A stretch of 64,000 nt of DNA from Octopus sinensis (taxonomy: Eukaryota): contig NC_043006.1 of the NCBI RefSeq assembly GCF_006345805.1, forward strand, positions 45,756,001-45,820,000, read 5' to 3'. The notes beneath the pieces were generated by a model. The model saw only the letters and a list, made by a program, of their open reading frames with translations, was not told the origin of the DNA and did not search any database. The position numbers and the translations under genes are program-made. Shown here in pieces: positions 49,250-61,500 of this stretch (position 1 is the first letter of the stretch; every line of letters begins with the position of its first letter).

Positions 49250-49768
49250 TTATTTTATGACCCCCTTTGGTCATGAGTGACTACGGGATTGCACATAGAA
49301 AGTTACCCTCTATGGCACAGGTCTGGGCAAGATTGTTTATGGAAGACCAGCAGTCGCCCACACATACCAGCCTCCCCTCTCCACGTCACCGATGTTATCC
49401 AAGGGAAAGGTGAGGGCTGATACAGCTTGGCACCAGTGACATCGCACCTCATTTATTAACATGCAAGTGGCCGAGCACTCCACAGACACGTGTACCCTTA
49501 ACGTAGTTCGCGAGGAGATTCAGTGTGACACAGAGTGTGACAAAGCTGGCTCTTTGAAATACTGGTACAACAGAAACAGGAAGAAAGAATGAGAGAACGT
49601 TGTGGTGAAAGAGTACAGCAGGGTTCACCACCACCCCCTGAGGAGCCTCGTGGAGCTTTAGGTGTTTTGCTCAATAAACATGCACAATACTCGGTCTGGG
49701 AATCGAAACTGTGATCCTACGATCGCGAGTCCACTGCCCTTACCACTGGGCCATTGCGCCTCCACCAT
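49250..49768 (-). mobile_element. Family C head joined to a family D-type tail (49450-49768), adjacent to another repeat tail (49250-49450)
   Basis: Head gtggaggcgcaatggcccagtgg...gtttcgattccc; tail shared with 13935-14110. Confidence 0.75.
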
Positions 49769-50039
49769 ACATAAGTACTATTTATATATTAAATATGTAT
49801 TCATTATTTATATATAGGGACAGGTGTAGTTGTGTGGTAAGAGGTTTGATTCCCAGCCACATGGTTCTGGGTTCAATCCCACTGAGTAGCATCTTGGGCA
49901 AGTGTCTTCTACTTGAGCCTTGCGCTGACCAAAGCTTTGTGAATGGATTTGGTTGACAGAAACTGAAGGAAGACCATTGTGTGTGTGTGTGTGTGTGTAT
50001 TTATAATTGAAATTTACAGAAAAACAGATGAAGACAGGT

Positions 50040-50110
50040 GTATTAGTTTGATACTCAGGAAAGTGAGAAAGTCTTTTGCATTTTGAGCCTATATTCTTCA
50101 ACAGAAAGGA
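50040..50110 (-). ncRNA. Highly decayed hammerhead relic, same family as the 21.2-21.5 kb motifs
   Basis: cttt-CTGTTGA-a-gaat atag gctc-aaaat-gca-aaag, then ttcctgagtatcaaactaatac, similar to the sequence after 21460. Confidence 0.35.
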
Positions 50111-50221
50111 ACACGAGGAAATAAACCGAGAGGTTTTTCACTCAGGATCATTGTTCCTTTTAAACCACATCTAGGAGTACGTTTTTCAATATGACCCTTT
50201 TTCTTTTTTTTTTTTGTAAGA

Positions 50222-50379
50222 TGCAGGCATGGGTATGTGGTAAGTAGCTTGTTTACCAACCACATGGTTCTGGGTGCAGTCCCACTGTGTGGCACCTTGT
50301 GCAAGTGTCTTCTACCATAGCCTCAGCCCGACCAAAGACTTAGGAGTGGATTTGGTAGACAGAAATGGAAAGAAGTCTG

Positions 50380-50416
<37 letters not shown>

Positions 50417-50638
50417 GTCTGTGTTTGTTCCCGGCCATTGATTGACATCCCCATGACTTAGTGGTTTGGTAAACGAGACTGATAAAATAAGTACTAGGCT
50501 TACAAAGAATAAGTCCTGGGGGTCAATTTGTTTGACTGAAGGCGGTGCTCCAGCATGGCCACAGTCAAATGACTGAAGCAAGTAAAAGAATAAAAGAATA
50601 TATATGCATGCGTGTGTGTGTGTGTGTGTGTGTGTATG

Positions 50639-50670
<32 letters not shown>

Positions 50671-51800
50671 CATGTACGTGTGTATATATTATATACATAT
50701 AAGGTTATGTGTGTAAGAAATTTGGTCCTCATTTACTTCACTACAAGTTCAGACTCATAGGGCCAGTTCCTTGGTTTATGAGTCATATATACATATTCCC
50801 CACTGGACAGGGTGCTGATCCATAGCAGGAATGCTCTTTTTTGCCTGCTGAGTTGACTGGGACAACAGGAAATGAAATGTTTTGATTCTATAAACTGGCA
50901 GAGTTGTTATAACAATCAACATATTGAATCTTATACTGTATATACCAATATGAACTTTTAAAAATGTAAATCCATGCAATATTAATAATAAACCTGACAG
51001 GTTTTCTCATTATCATTATTAACAAAGCAGTTAATATAGGGTTTACTGGATGGTTTTTTTTTTCTTTTTTGTCCTTTTCTATAATTCTTGTTACTAGGGA
51101 TTTTGCAAGAGTCCTGACTGAGGTATTCACCCAGATTTCCCAAATTCTCTTTCTAACTATGTATATATTATACCCTTTTATTCTTTTACTTGTTTCAGTC
51201 ATTTGAATGTGGCCATGCAGGAGCACTGCCTTTAAGGGTTTTTTTTTTTTAGTCAAAGAAATCAATCCCTAGTACTTATTCTATTGGTCTCTTTTGCCGA
51301 ACTGCTAAGTTACTGGGATGTAAACACACCAACATCGGTTGTCAAGTGATGATGAGGGGACAATCACAGACACAAAGACATACACACACACATATATGTA
51401 ATGGGTTTCGTTCAGTTTCCATCTATCAAATCCACTCACAAGGTTTGGTCAGCCCAAGACTATAGTAGAAGACACTTTCCCAAGTTGCCATGCAGTGAGA
51501 CTGAACCCAGAGCCATGTGATTGGGAAGCAAGCTTCTTACCACACAGCCATGCCTGTACCTTGTATATATTTATTTCTTTATTGCCCACAAGGGGCTAAA
51601 CATAGAGGGGACAAACAAGTACAGTCAAAGGGATTAAGTCGATTACATCAACGCCAGTGCGTAACTGGTACTTATTTAACCGACCCCCGAAAGGATGAAA
51701 AGCAAAGTCGACATCGGCAGAATTTGAACTCAGGATGTAACGGCAGATGAAATACTGCCAAGCATTTCGCCCGGCGTGCTAATAATTCTTCCAGCTCGCC
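50222..51800. mobile_element. Family A (plus, 50222-50597), family A (minus, 51180-51560) and family B (minus, 51570-51800)
   Basis: Consensus matches. Confidence 0.85.
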
Positions 51801-52424
51801 ATATATATATATATATATCCTTGTTTCAGTGTCCTTTTTCCCATGCTTACATGGGCTGAACAGAGCTTATTGAGACAGATTTTTCCTAGGGCTGAATGCT
51901 CTTCCTCTTGCCAACCATCACCTCTTTCCAAGCTAAGTACTATTTTCCCTATGACCAGACATGTTTCCTCAGAATATTGAAAATGAATAACACAGCTTGT
52001 ATGACAATGTCACTCAACTATCCTGCAATCTCAAGACAAAAATGCACACACCCACAAATAAACAAACACACACACATGTGTGTGTGTGAGTGTATATATA
52101 CATGATATACTTCTTCCAGATTCTGTCTCTCAAATTCACTCATGAGGCTTTATAGTTGGCCTGGTTCTACAGTAGAAGACACTTGCCCAAGGTGGGAAAA
52201 AAAACATTGATTCGACCCTTGAGTCATAGTAAAAGATGCTTGCTCAAAGTACTGCACGGTGGGACTGAACCCAAAACCACATGGTTGCAAAGCAAGCTTA
52301 TTAAACATACAACCATGCCTGGTCCTACATTTTTACAATTAATTTTTGTTTTAGTCTACTCTCTCTAATGGTTGTGGTTGTGCTGCTGGTATGATGAGAT
52401 GCAGGAACAGTATTAATATCATTT

Positions 52425-52746
52425 GTTTTAATATTCGTCTGTCTTTATGTTCTGAGTTCAGATTCCACTGAGGTTGACTTTGCCTTTCATCCTTTCTGGG
52501 GTCAATGAATTAAGTACCAGTTGCATACTGGAGTCAATCTAATCGACTGGCCCCCTCCCCAAATATTTCAGGCCTTGTGTCTAGAGTAGAAAAGAATATG
52601 TATGTATGTGTATTCCGCTGAGGTCAACTTTGCCTTTCATCCTTTCAGGGTCAATAAATTAAGTACCAGTTGCGTAGTGGGGTCCATCTAATCAACTGCC
52701 CCCCTCCCAAAAAAATTCGGGCCTTGTGCCTAGAGTAGAAAAGAAC
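52425..52746 (+). mobile_element. Two tandem family B SINEs with tail type ii
   Basis: Each ends ggccttgtg(c/t)ctagagtagaaaagaa. Confidence 0.85.
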
Positions 52747-53016
52747 ATCATTTTTAATATGTTTCTAAAAACTACAAGAGGAGCAGTCCCAACTGAGAAG
52801 TATAGGTTTATGAAACTCAGTTTTACAAATACTGCTGCTACTCACAGTATGGGGCCATTCAATTAGATGAAAGATTAACCATGTTGATAAGATACCAAAC
52901 TACCTGTTCATAGGTCAAGAATTCAGTCACACAGCAGGCATTTTACTTTATGTTCAGTAACAGAATATATATTCTTCATTGCCTCAGCAACCTGTTTGGA
53001 ATATGTACCTGATTAC

Positions 53017-53133
53017 CTGGTGATGTTTCCTGTAATAAACTGACACTTTATTGCAGGAAATATTATCAGATCATCTGGACAATATTTGTCTATAATCCAT
53101 TTGTTGTTATAAAACCCATGCCAAGCACTAATG
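53017..53133 (-). CDS. Candidate 117-nt exon (ISAWHGFYNNKWIIDKYCPDDLIIFPAIKCQFITGNIT); product unknown
   Basis: tttttttttaaag acceptor, phase 2-2 open, ag|gtaatc donor, non-repeat context. An overlapping open plus-strand frame also exists. Confidence 0.3.
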
Positions 53134-53284
53134 CTTTAAAAAAAAATTAAGTAAATAAAATATAAATTGATATTTTGAAATTAATTGGTTTGTTGAAGCC
53201 TGAGTGACCTGGCCATTAGCACCCATGGTCCTTTTTTTAGGACCAGAAGGATAATCCATCATATTTCTGCAACACCTGTATTTT

Positions 53285-53512
53285 TCTTATTTCTTTATTG
53301 CCCACAAGGGGCTAAACATAGAGGGGACAAACAAGGACAGACAAAGGGATTAAGTCGATTACATCGACCCCAGTGCGTAACTGGTACTTAATTTATTGAC
53401 CCTGAAAGGATGAAAAGCAAAGACAACCTCGGTGGAATTTGAACCCAGAACGTAAAGACAGTTGAAATACCGCTAAGCATTTCGCCCAGCATGCTAACTT
53501 TTCTGCGAGCTC
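53285..53512 (-). mobile_element. Family B SINE
   Basis: Full consensus, tail type i. Confidence 0.9.
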
Positions 53513-54021
53513 TGAAATATCTTTGGTTAGTCATCATGACTGAAGTGTCTTTCAAATATTGTAATAAAAATTCTTTTATATATTTAGTATCAGATAAAGT
53601 TGTATAGAAAGAGATTTTTGGTAATAAATCAGATAAAAAAAATTTAGGCACTAATGGGTTAAGCTTCTGTGGCAAGTTGCTGACCACTGTCAGTTGGCTT
53701 GGCCATCTAGCATAGTCTTGGTGATGACAAAGCAACACTGGGTTAACCATTAAGCAAAATAAGCATGTGCTTAGGGCATCAAGTAAAGAGAGGCACCACA
53801 GAAATGGTAAATGGTCTACAGCACAAAAAAAATCACTTTAAACTTGCTAAAATAATAATCAAATTGGTTTATACAGTCAGAAGTAGATTTTTGAAGTGCT
53901 CATGGTGTCATAGTGAGGATCTGATTTATGACTTTGCAGTTAAAAAAAGTAGGAAAAACCTTTCCAAATAGAAAGTGAAAGTATACAAAAACAAAAAAGA
54001 AAGAATTATTTTCCATCTTAC

Positions 54022-54051
54022 TGTTTGGTCTCTATGGATCTTAAACTGGTC
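54022..54051 (-). CDS. Candidate 30-nt microexon (DQFKIHRDQT)
   Basis: catctctttgtcacag acceptor, aca|gtaaga donor, phase 0-0. Confidence 0.2.
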
Positions 54052-54859
54052 CTGTGACAAAGAGATGGTTGTATGTAGCCTTATTCACCAAGTTTGAAAA
54101 ATATCCATTCCTTTGTCAATTATTACATTTATTGTAAGACTTCATCATTTTTCTCTCTTCACACTCACCCAGTTTAAAACTATTGTGGTGGTACCAGTAG
54201 TGGTCTTGATCACACCCTTGGGGTCCACTTTTGCATGTTTTTCATGGGTTGGACGGAATTTATTGAGGCAGATTTTCCTTGGGTTGATGTCCTTCTTGTT
54301 GCCAACTCTCACCTATTCCCAAGCAAGGTAATATTTCCCCCATGGCCAGATGCGTTTCTCACTGAAGACTGAAGACAAACCTCGCTTGTATGATGATGAG
54401 GCTTATTTACAATCATCACACGATGTCCGGGTAAGGGTACACACAAATGAACACACACACAAACACATATACTTACACACACTTACATATGTTCCTACTA
54501 CACAGGATAGGTCTATCTTCAGTTTATTTCTACCAAATCCACTCACAAGGTGCTTCACAGTAGGGTTGAACCCAAGACCATGTGGTTGGAAAGCAAACTT
54601 CTTACACAACCACATCTGTGTCTGAGTGTATCGAAACTATATTGACATTTGAAATATTACCACCATCATCTTTACTGTTGGCACCATCTCTGATATCATC
54701 ATCATAACTGTGTGTGTGTGTGTGTGTGTTAGTATGTTATTTTATTGTTAGATTCAGCAGTATCCTTGATCCAAACTCAAAATTAATCAGAATAATTCTT
54801 TCTTTCTCTCTTTCCACTCTAATCCTTTCCATTCTGTCTATTGCCTTTGACAGAGTAAT

Positions 54860-55092
54860 CTGAATTCTAAAAGTTCAAACTGTCTTTATCTGGTCCCAGA
54901 TATTCTATTTGTTTTTATGTTTCAGCTGGCTAGCCCCAGCCCCTAACTCCTACCTTAAAATATCATTCTAAAGATATATATAACCAGATCATTGAAATTT
55001 CAAAGCTACAGTGATAATGCATGATTAATTCAAAGCAGCATGAATAAATAAGCATTACATTTGATAGAGCAACCTCAGTGCTAAAGGGTTAA
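54860..55092. mobile_element. Diverged 220-bp-family TTAA MITE
   Basis: Ends gtgctaaaggg-ttaa; body similar to 34417-34636. Confidence 0.65.
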
Positions 55093-55244
55093 ATAGAAAA
55101 ATTAGTTTGTTATAGAGCTTTTACCGATATTTTGTCAAGGCAGATTAACAGAATTTGCAAAGTGGTTGCATGGAGGCAATGACCAAGACCTTTGGCATTA
55201 TGTTGTGCTTCAGAAAAAGATACATCAAGCTGAACAAAATTGCA

Positions 55245-55278
<34 letters not shown>

Positions 55279-55294
55279 AGATATATATATATAT

Positions 55295-55950
55295 ACTCTT
55301 TTACTTGTTTCAGTCATTTGACTGCTGCCATGCTGGAGCACCGCCTTTAGTCGAGCAAATCGACTCGAGGACTTATTCTTTGTAAGCCCAGTACTTATTC
55401 TATCGATCTCTTTTGCCGAACCGCTAAGTGACAGCGATGTAAACACACCAGCATCGGTTGTCAAGCAATGCTAGGGGGACAAACACAGATGCACAAACAT
55501 ACACACACACACACACACATATATATACGACAGGCTTCTTTCAGTTTCCGTCTACCAAATCCACTCATAAGGCTTTGGTCGGCCCGAGGCTATAGTAGAA
55601 GACACTTGCCCAACATGCCACGCAGTGGGACTAAACCCGGAACCATGTGGCTGGTAAGCAAGCTACTTACCACACAGCCACTCCTGCGCCTGATTTATAT
55701 ATATTGTGTATGTGTGTGATTTTGTGTCTGTGTTTGTCCCCCATCAACACTGGACAACCAGTGCTGGTGTGTTTACACTACTGTAGCTTAGCGGTTCAGC
55801 AAAAGCGACTGATGCAGTAAATACCAAGCTTTAAAAAAGAAAAAACGAAAGGGGGGTGGTAAATTCAAGTGTTGAATTGTTTGACCAAATTCTTCTAGGT
55901 GGTGCCCCAGCATGGCCACAGTCAAGTGACTGAAACAAAAGGTAAAAGAT
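55295..55950. mobile_element. Family A (minus, 55295-55691) and family A second half (plus, 55715-55950)
   Basis: Consensus matches. Confidence 0.85.
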
Positions 55951-56754
55951 AGAGGAAGCAAGGTGTTTATTTATTTTAGACATTTGTTTGGAAAAAAGTG
56001 TTCCTTATTTGCTATGAAATATGGTACTGCAGGCATTATGTCTGATGTTTTGCTGATTCTGTCAATTTATTTTCAGTAAAATAAATAATCAGTCGAATAA
56101 AAGAATCCATTTATTTGAGCACATTGTCTCCCAAAGTGTGTGACCTTATACCTCTGGAAATCAATATCTTATCCAAGCTAAGAGCGGTGACCTGGCAGAA
56201 TCGTTACTGCACCAGTCTGTCTTTATGTTCTTAGTTCAAATTCTACCGAGGTCAGCTTAATCTTTCATCTTAATCTTTTCAGGGTCAATAAAATAAGCAC
56301 TTTTTAAGAACTGGGGTTGATGTAATTGACTTACCCTCTCCTTTGAACTTGCAGGTCTTATGCTAAAATTTGAAACCAGTGTTTTATCTAAGCTTTCGGA
56401 TAACTGTAATAAAACATGGTCTGATGACGAAATGAATTAAAAAATGGATTGGGAACTAAAAAAAATCTGAGTAGCGACTAACTTCAACTTTTCTTTGAAT
56501 AGACTTATTGCTGCATTACAGTGTTAATTTTAAGACTGTGGCCATGCAGGGGCACTGCATTGAAGGGTTTTAGTTGAATTAATCGACCTTAGTACTTTTT
56601 TTTTAAGTCCGTTACTTATTTTATCATTTTTTTTTTTTTTAACAAACTGCTAAGTTGTGGGGGATGTAGACAAACCAACAGTAGTTATCAAGTGGAGTGG
56701 TGGTGGTAAAACTCACACACACGTGCGTGTGTATGTATATATCCATATATCATG

Positions 56755-57550
56755 CTGTGCTTGAGAAGACCCGGCAAGCCAAGTAAGACCATAACCTCGT
56801 CGCCTATGCCAGGGGTGAAACCAGCCCACTTATGAAGACCTGTTGAGACAAGTGAAATCGTAATCAAATTTGATGACTGGCATCCGTGCTAGTGGAGCGC
56901 TAAGAGCACCATCCAAGAATGACTGTTGCCAGATCAGCAAACTGGCTTCCGTGCCGGTGGCACATAAAAAGCACCAGTCGAGCATGATCGTTACCAGCAT
57001 TGCCTTACTGACACTTGTGCTGGTGGCATGTGAAAAAGCATTCAAGCGAGGTCATTGCCAGTGCAGGTGGCATGTAAAAAACACCATTTGAGTGTGGCTG
57101 TTGCCAATACTGCCTGACTAGCCCTTGTGCCCGTAGCATGTAAAAGCACCCACTACACTCTCGGAGTGGTTGGCGTTAGGAAGGGCATCCAGCTGTAGAA
57201 ACTCTGCCAGATCAGATTGGAGCCTGGTGCTGCTATCTGGTTTGGCAGTCCTCAGTCAAATCATCCAACCCATGCTAGCATGAAAAGCAGACGTTAAATG
57301 ATCATGATCATCATCATCATTTAACATCTGCTTTCCATGCTGGCATGGGTTAAACCGTTTGACTGAAACTGTTAAGCCGGAAAGCTGCACCAGATTCCAG
57401 TCTGATTTGTCCTGGTTTCTATGGCTTGATGACCTTCATAACGCCAACCACTCCAAGAATGTAATGGGTGCCATTCTACATTCCACTGGCACGGGTGCCG
57501 TTTACATGATACCAACAATGGTCACGACTACAATTTCACAGGTGCCATGT
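56755..57550. mobile_element. Long family E copy (plus, 56755-57305) tail-to-tail with a minus copy (57310-57550)
   Basis: About five ggtggca(c/t)gtaaaaa sub-repeats; junction aaatgatcatgatcatcatcatcatttaa. Confidence 0.85.
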
Positions 57551-57937
57551 TAGTCATGGAATTGTAATCGTAGCTGTTGCTGGTGGCATGTATATACACA
57601 TACACAATGGTCTACCACACAGTTTCTGTCTACTGAGTTCACTCACAAGGCATTGGTCAGTCCTGGGTAATTGGTAGAAGAAACTTGCCCAAGGTGCTGC
57701 ACAGTGGGACTGAACCTGCAATCAGATGCTTGCAAAGCAAGCTCATTCAGCACACAGCCATGCCTAAAGGTGTTTACCATGCAAGGTTTTTTCATATGTT
57801 TTTTTTCTTTTTAATGACCTCTTCTTATAGAAAATAGTTTCTTTTTTCCTTTCTTTCAAAATAATTACCAATTAAGTCTTTCAATTTTTGAAACACTGTT
57901 ACTAATCATAAATTGACAATTGTTAAAATTATAATAT

Positions 57938-58102
57938 ATAGGTGCAGGAGTGGCTGTGTGGTCAGTAGCTAGCTTACCAACCACATGGTTCCGGGTTCGG
58001 TCCCACTGCGTGGCACCTCAGGCAAGTGTCTTCTACTATAGCCTCGGGTCGACCAAAGCCTTATGAGCGGATTTGGTTGACAGAAACTGAAAGAAGCTCA
58101 TC

Positions 58103-58137
<35 letters not shown>

Positions 58138-59243
58138 TGTGTGTATGTATATGTTTGTGTGTCTGTGTTTGTCCCCCCAACAGCGCTTGACAACCGATGC
58201 TGGTGTGTTTACGTCCCCATCACCTAGCGGTTCGGCAAGAGAGACCGATAGAATAAGTACTAGGCTTACAAAGAATAAGTCCTGGGGTCGATTTGCTCGA
58301 CTAAAGGCAGTGCTCCAGCATGGCCACAGTCAAATGACTGAGGCAAATTAAAAGAATAAAAGAAAGAATACATATCTGCAATTTCTGAGATCTGCATTTT
58401 GTCATTGAGAAGACTGTTATCAATTCTAGTCTTCATCAAAACAAATACAAACCTAATCAATAAAATAATCAGCAGTTTAATGATCCAGTGTTTGAATTTT
58501 AAGTCATTTATCTCTGTTTAATTGTTCTGCTAATTTGTTAGATTACATGTCCAAGGCTATTGAGATTTCAATCTTTTCTTCTCTCTCTTATTGTCAGTAT
58601 TTTCATGTGATACTTAACACATTTGTTGCCATATTTTTGTTGAAATATACTGCCTTCGTCTGGCAGAAATGTTAGCACATCAGGCGAAATGCTTAGCAGT
58701 ATTTCATCTGTCTTTATGTTCTGAGTTCAAATTCCACCGAGGTCGACTTTGTCTTTCATCCTTTCAGGGTTGATAAATTAAGTACTGGCCCCCTCCCCGA
58801 AAGTTTCGGGCCTTGTGCCTAGAGTAGAAAAGAATATACTGCCTTCTTTCTCTTTTACTTGTTTTGGTCATTTGACTGTGGCCAAGCTGGAGCACCACCT
58901 TTAGTCGAGCAAATTGACCCCAGGACTTATTCTTTGTAAGCCTAGTACTTATTCTATCGGTCTCTTTTTGCCAAACCGCTAAGTTACAGGTACGTAAACA
59001 CACCAGCATCAGTTGTCAAGCAGTGTTGGGCGGACAAACATATACACACACACACACATACATATATATATATACACATATACGACAGGCTTCTTTCAGT
59101 TTCCACCTACCAAATCCACTCACAAGGCTTTGGTCAGCCCGAGGCTATAGTAGAAGACACTTGCCCAAGGTGCCACAGAGTAGGACTGAACCTGGAACTA
59201 TGTGATTAGTAAGCAAGCTACTTACCACACAGCCACTCCTGCA
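57938..59243. mobile_element. Family A (plus, 57938-58365), family B (plus, 58660-58836) and family A (minus, 58850-59243)
   Basis: Consensus matches. Confidence 0.88.
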
Positions 59244-59364
59244 TTTAAATTAATTTTGAAAATAATGATGAATTTGATAAAATAACTTTGTTATTATTAA
59301 ACTGGTTTTTGAAACAAATTTACTTGGGCTACTCATTTTTATTTCCCCCCCCCCCCCCCGGTAC

Positions 59365-60035
59365 ACGACCCGTACTTATTTTATTGACCCCAAAAGTATG
59401 AAAGATAAAGATGATCTCAACTGAATTTGAACTCAGAATGTAATGACATGCAAAATGTTGCTAAGCATCTTGCCCAGCATACTAACAATTTTGCTAGTTC
59501 GCCACCTTAAAATACTGGGGTATCGACCCCAGTACTCAACTGGTATCGACTTGGACGGGATTTGAATTCATAACATTAAGATGGACGAAATGTCACTAAG
59601 CATTCTGCCTTAATAATAATAATCCTTCCTACTATAGGCACAAGGCCTGAAATTTGGGGGAGGGGGATAGTCGATTACTTCAACCCCCAGTACTCAACTG
59701 GTACTTAATTTATCGACCCTGAAAGGATGAAAGACAAAGTTGACTTCTGTGGAATTTGAACGTAGCGACAGACAAAATACCGCTAAGCATTTCACCCAGC
59801 GTGCTAGCGATTCTGCTAGCTCGCACCTTAATAATAATAATTTTGGCACAAGGTCAGTAATTTTTAGGGGAGGGGCAAGTTGATTACATTGACCCTAATA
59901 CTTTATTTGGTCAACTCCCAAAGGATGAAAGGCAGAGTTTACCTCAGCGTCATTTGAACTCAACACAAAGAATCCAAAGAAATAACACTTGGCATTTTGT
60001 CCAATCTGCTAATGATTCCGTCAGCTCACTGCCAT
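59365..60035 (-). mobile_element. Cluster of about four family B SINE copies or fragments
   Basis: Repeated tcgaccc..aaaggatgaaag...atttgaactc. Confidence 0.8.
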
Positions 60036-60624
60036 AATGATGATGATGATGATAATGATGTTGATGACAATGATGTTATTGACGTGAGGTAGTTTTAGAG
60101 AAACAATTTAGGCAGAAGTTGTTGAAATCTTTGATAAATTAATCAGTAATAAGGTTAAGTTTTAGTGAAGATAATCCTTTTGCAAATGTTAATTGCGGTT
60201 ATTGACACGTCACACATTTGCACTTACCATCTTCATAATCTAGAGATGGATTTTTAAAAAGAAATTCTGTTTTTATCATAGTTGCCATCAAAGGAAGGAG
60301 GAGGCTTGAAAAGGAATTTGTAATAATTTGTTATTGCCAGGACAAAGATACAAATGAATCTCAAAAATTTGGTAACATAAAAGAACTACTACAACTAGTG
60401 GTGGTGGTGACTTAGCAGTCTGGTAAAAGAGATTGATAGAATAAATAGCAAACTTGAAAAGTAAAAGAAGACAAAACTACACCGGGGTCAATTTATCCAA
60501 CTGAACCCTTGAAGGCAGTGCCCAGCATGGGCACAGTCCACGGACTAAAACCAGTAGAAAATAAAAAAAATAAAAGAAATATTTTCCCCAGATTACAATT
60601 TTATTCATTATTGGTACAGAAAGG

Positions 60625-61003
60625 CATAGGAGTGGCTGTGTGGTAAGTAGCTTGCTTACCTACCACATGGTTCCGGGTTCAGTCCCACTGCGTAGCAGCT
60701 TGGGCAAGTGTCTTCTACTATAGCCTCGGGCCGACCAAAGCCTTGTGAGTGGATTTGGTAGACGGAAACTGAAAGAAGCCCGTCATATATATATGTGTCT
60801 GTATTTGTCCCCCCAACATCGCTTGACAACCGATGCTGGTGTGTTACATTCCCGTAACTTAGCGGTTCGGCAAAAGAGACCGATAGAATAAGTACTAGGC
60901 TTACAAAGAATAAGTCTTGGGGGTCGATTTGCTCGACTAAAAACAAAAAGGCGGTGCTCCAGCATGGCCACAGTCAAATGACTGAAACAAGTAAAAGAGT
61001 AAA
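60625..61003 (+). mobile_element. SINE family A, best reference copy
   Basis: A box tggctgtgtgg (60633-43), B box ggttcagtccc (60676-86), cttgggcaagt CORE-like segment, short (TA)n, intact tail. Confidence 0.92.
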
Positions 61004-61289
61004 AAAGCAGAAATGCTTAAAAGGTTTGGGACATCTTTAGATGAAGTCTAAGACCAATATTTGTAGAGGAGAGAGAAAGAGAATATTGTCAGTTGAATTC
61101 CCTCTTGTATATATTACTGGACAAAGTGAAAACTCTGGAGAGGTTTTGTTATCACTGTGGGCAAACTGGGCTAAGAACACTGAATTAATTAGCCTGATAA
61201 CTCCACATTCCTGGCCTCTTGCCATCATCAGACATTAAAACATTTAATGGTACTTTGTCTAACATCTGGTTCATTAACAAATTGTGATT

Positions 61290-61500
61290 TCTCTCTCTCT
61301 CTTCCTCATTTCACCTCCTTCCTTCCAACTACTTTATTCACACCTCCCCTCCCTTTGCTTTCTCCTTCTTTCCCCTCTTCCTGTCTCCCCTTTCCTCTTC
61401 CCTCTCCCTTTTCCTCTATCCTCTCCCCTTTCCTTTCCTCTTTCCCCTCTCCCTCCATCTCTCCCCCCCCGTCACCCCCTCTTCTATCATTCTTGTGCTC
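61290..61500. repeat. C/T-rich low-complexity tract
   Basis: Direct reading. Confidence 0.85.

Noticed and set aside
56421-56433. CTGATGACGAAA as a hammerhead core
   Set aside because: No stem II between CTGATGA and GAAA, and no stem I or III pairing.
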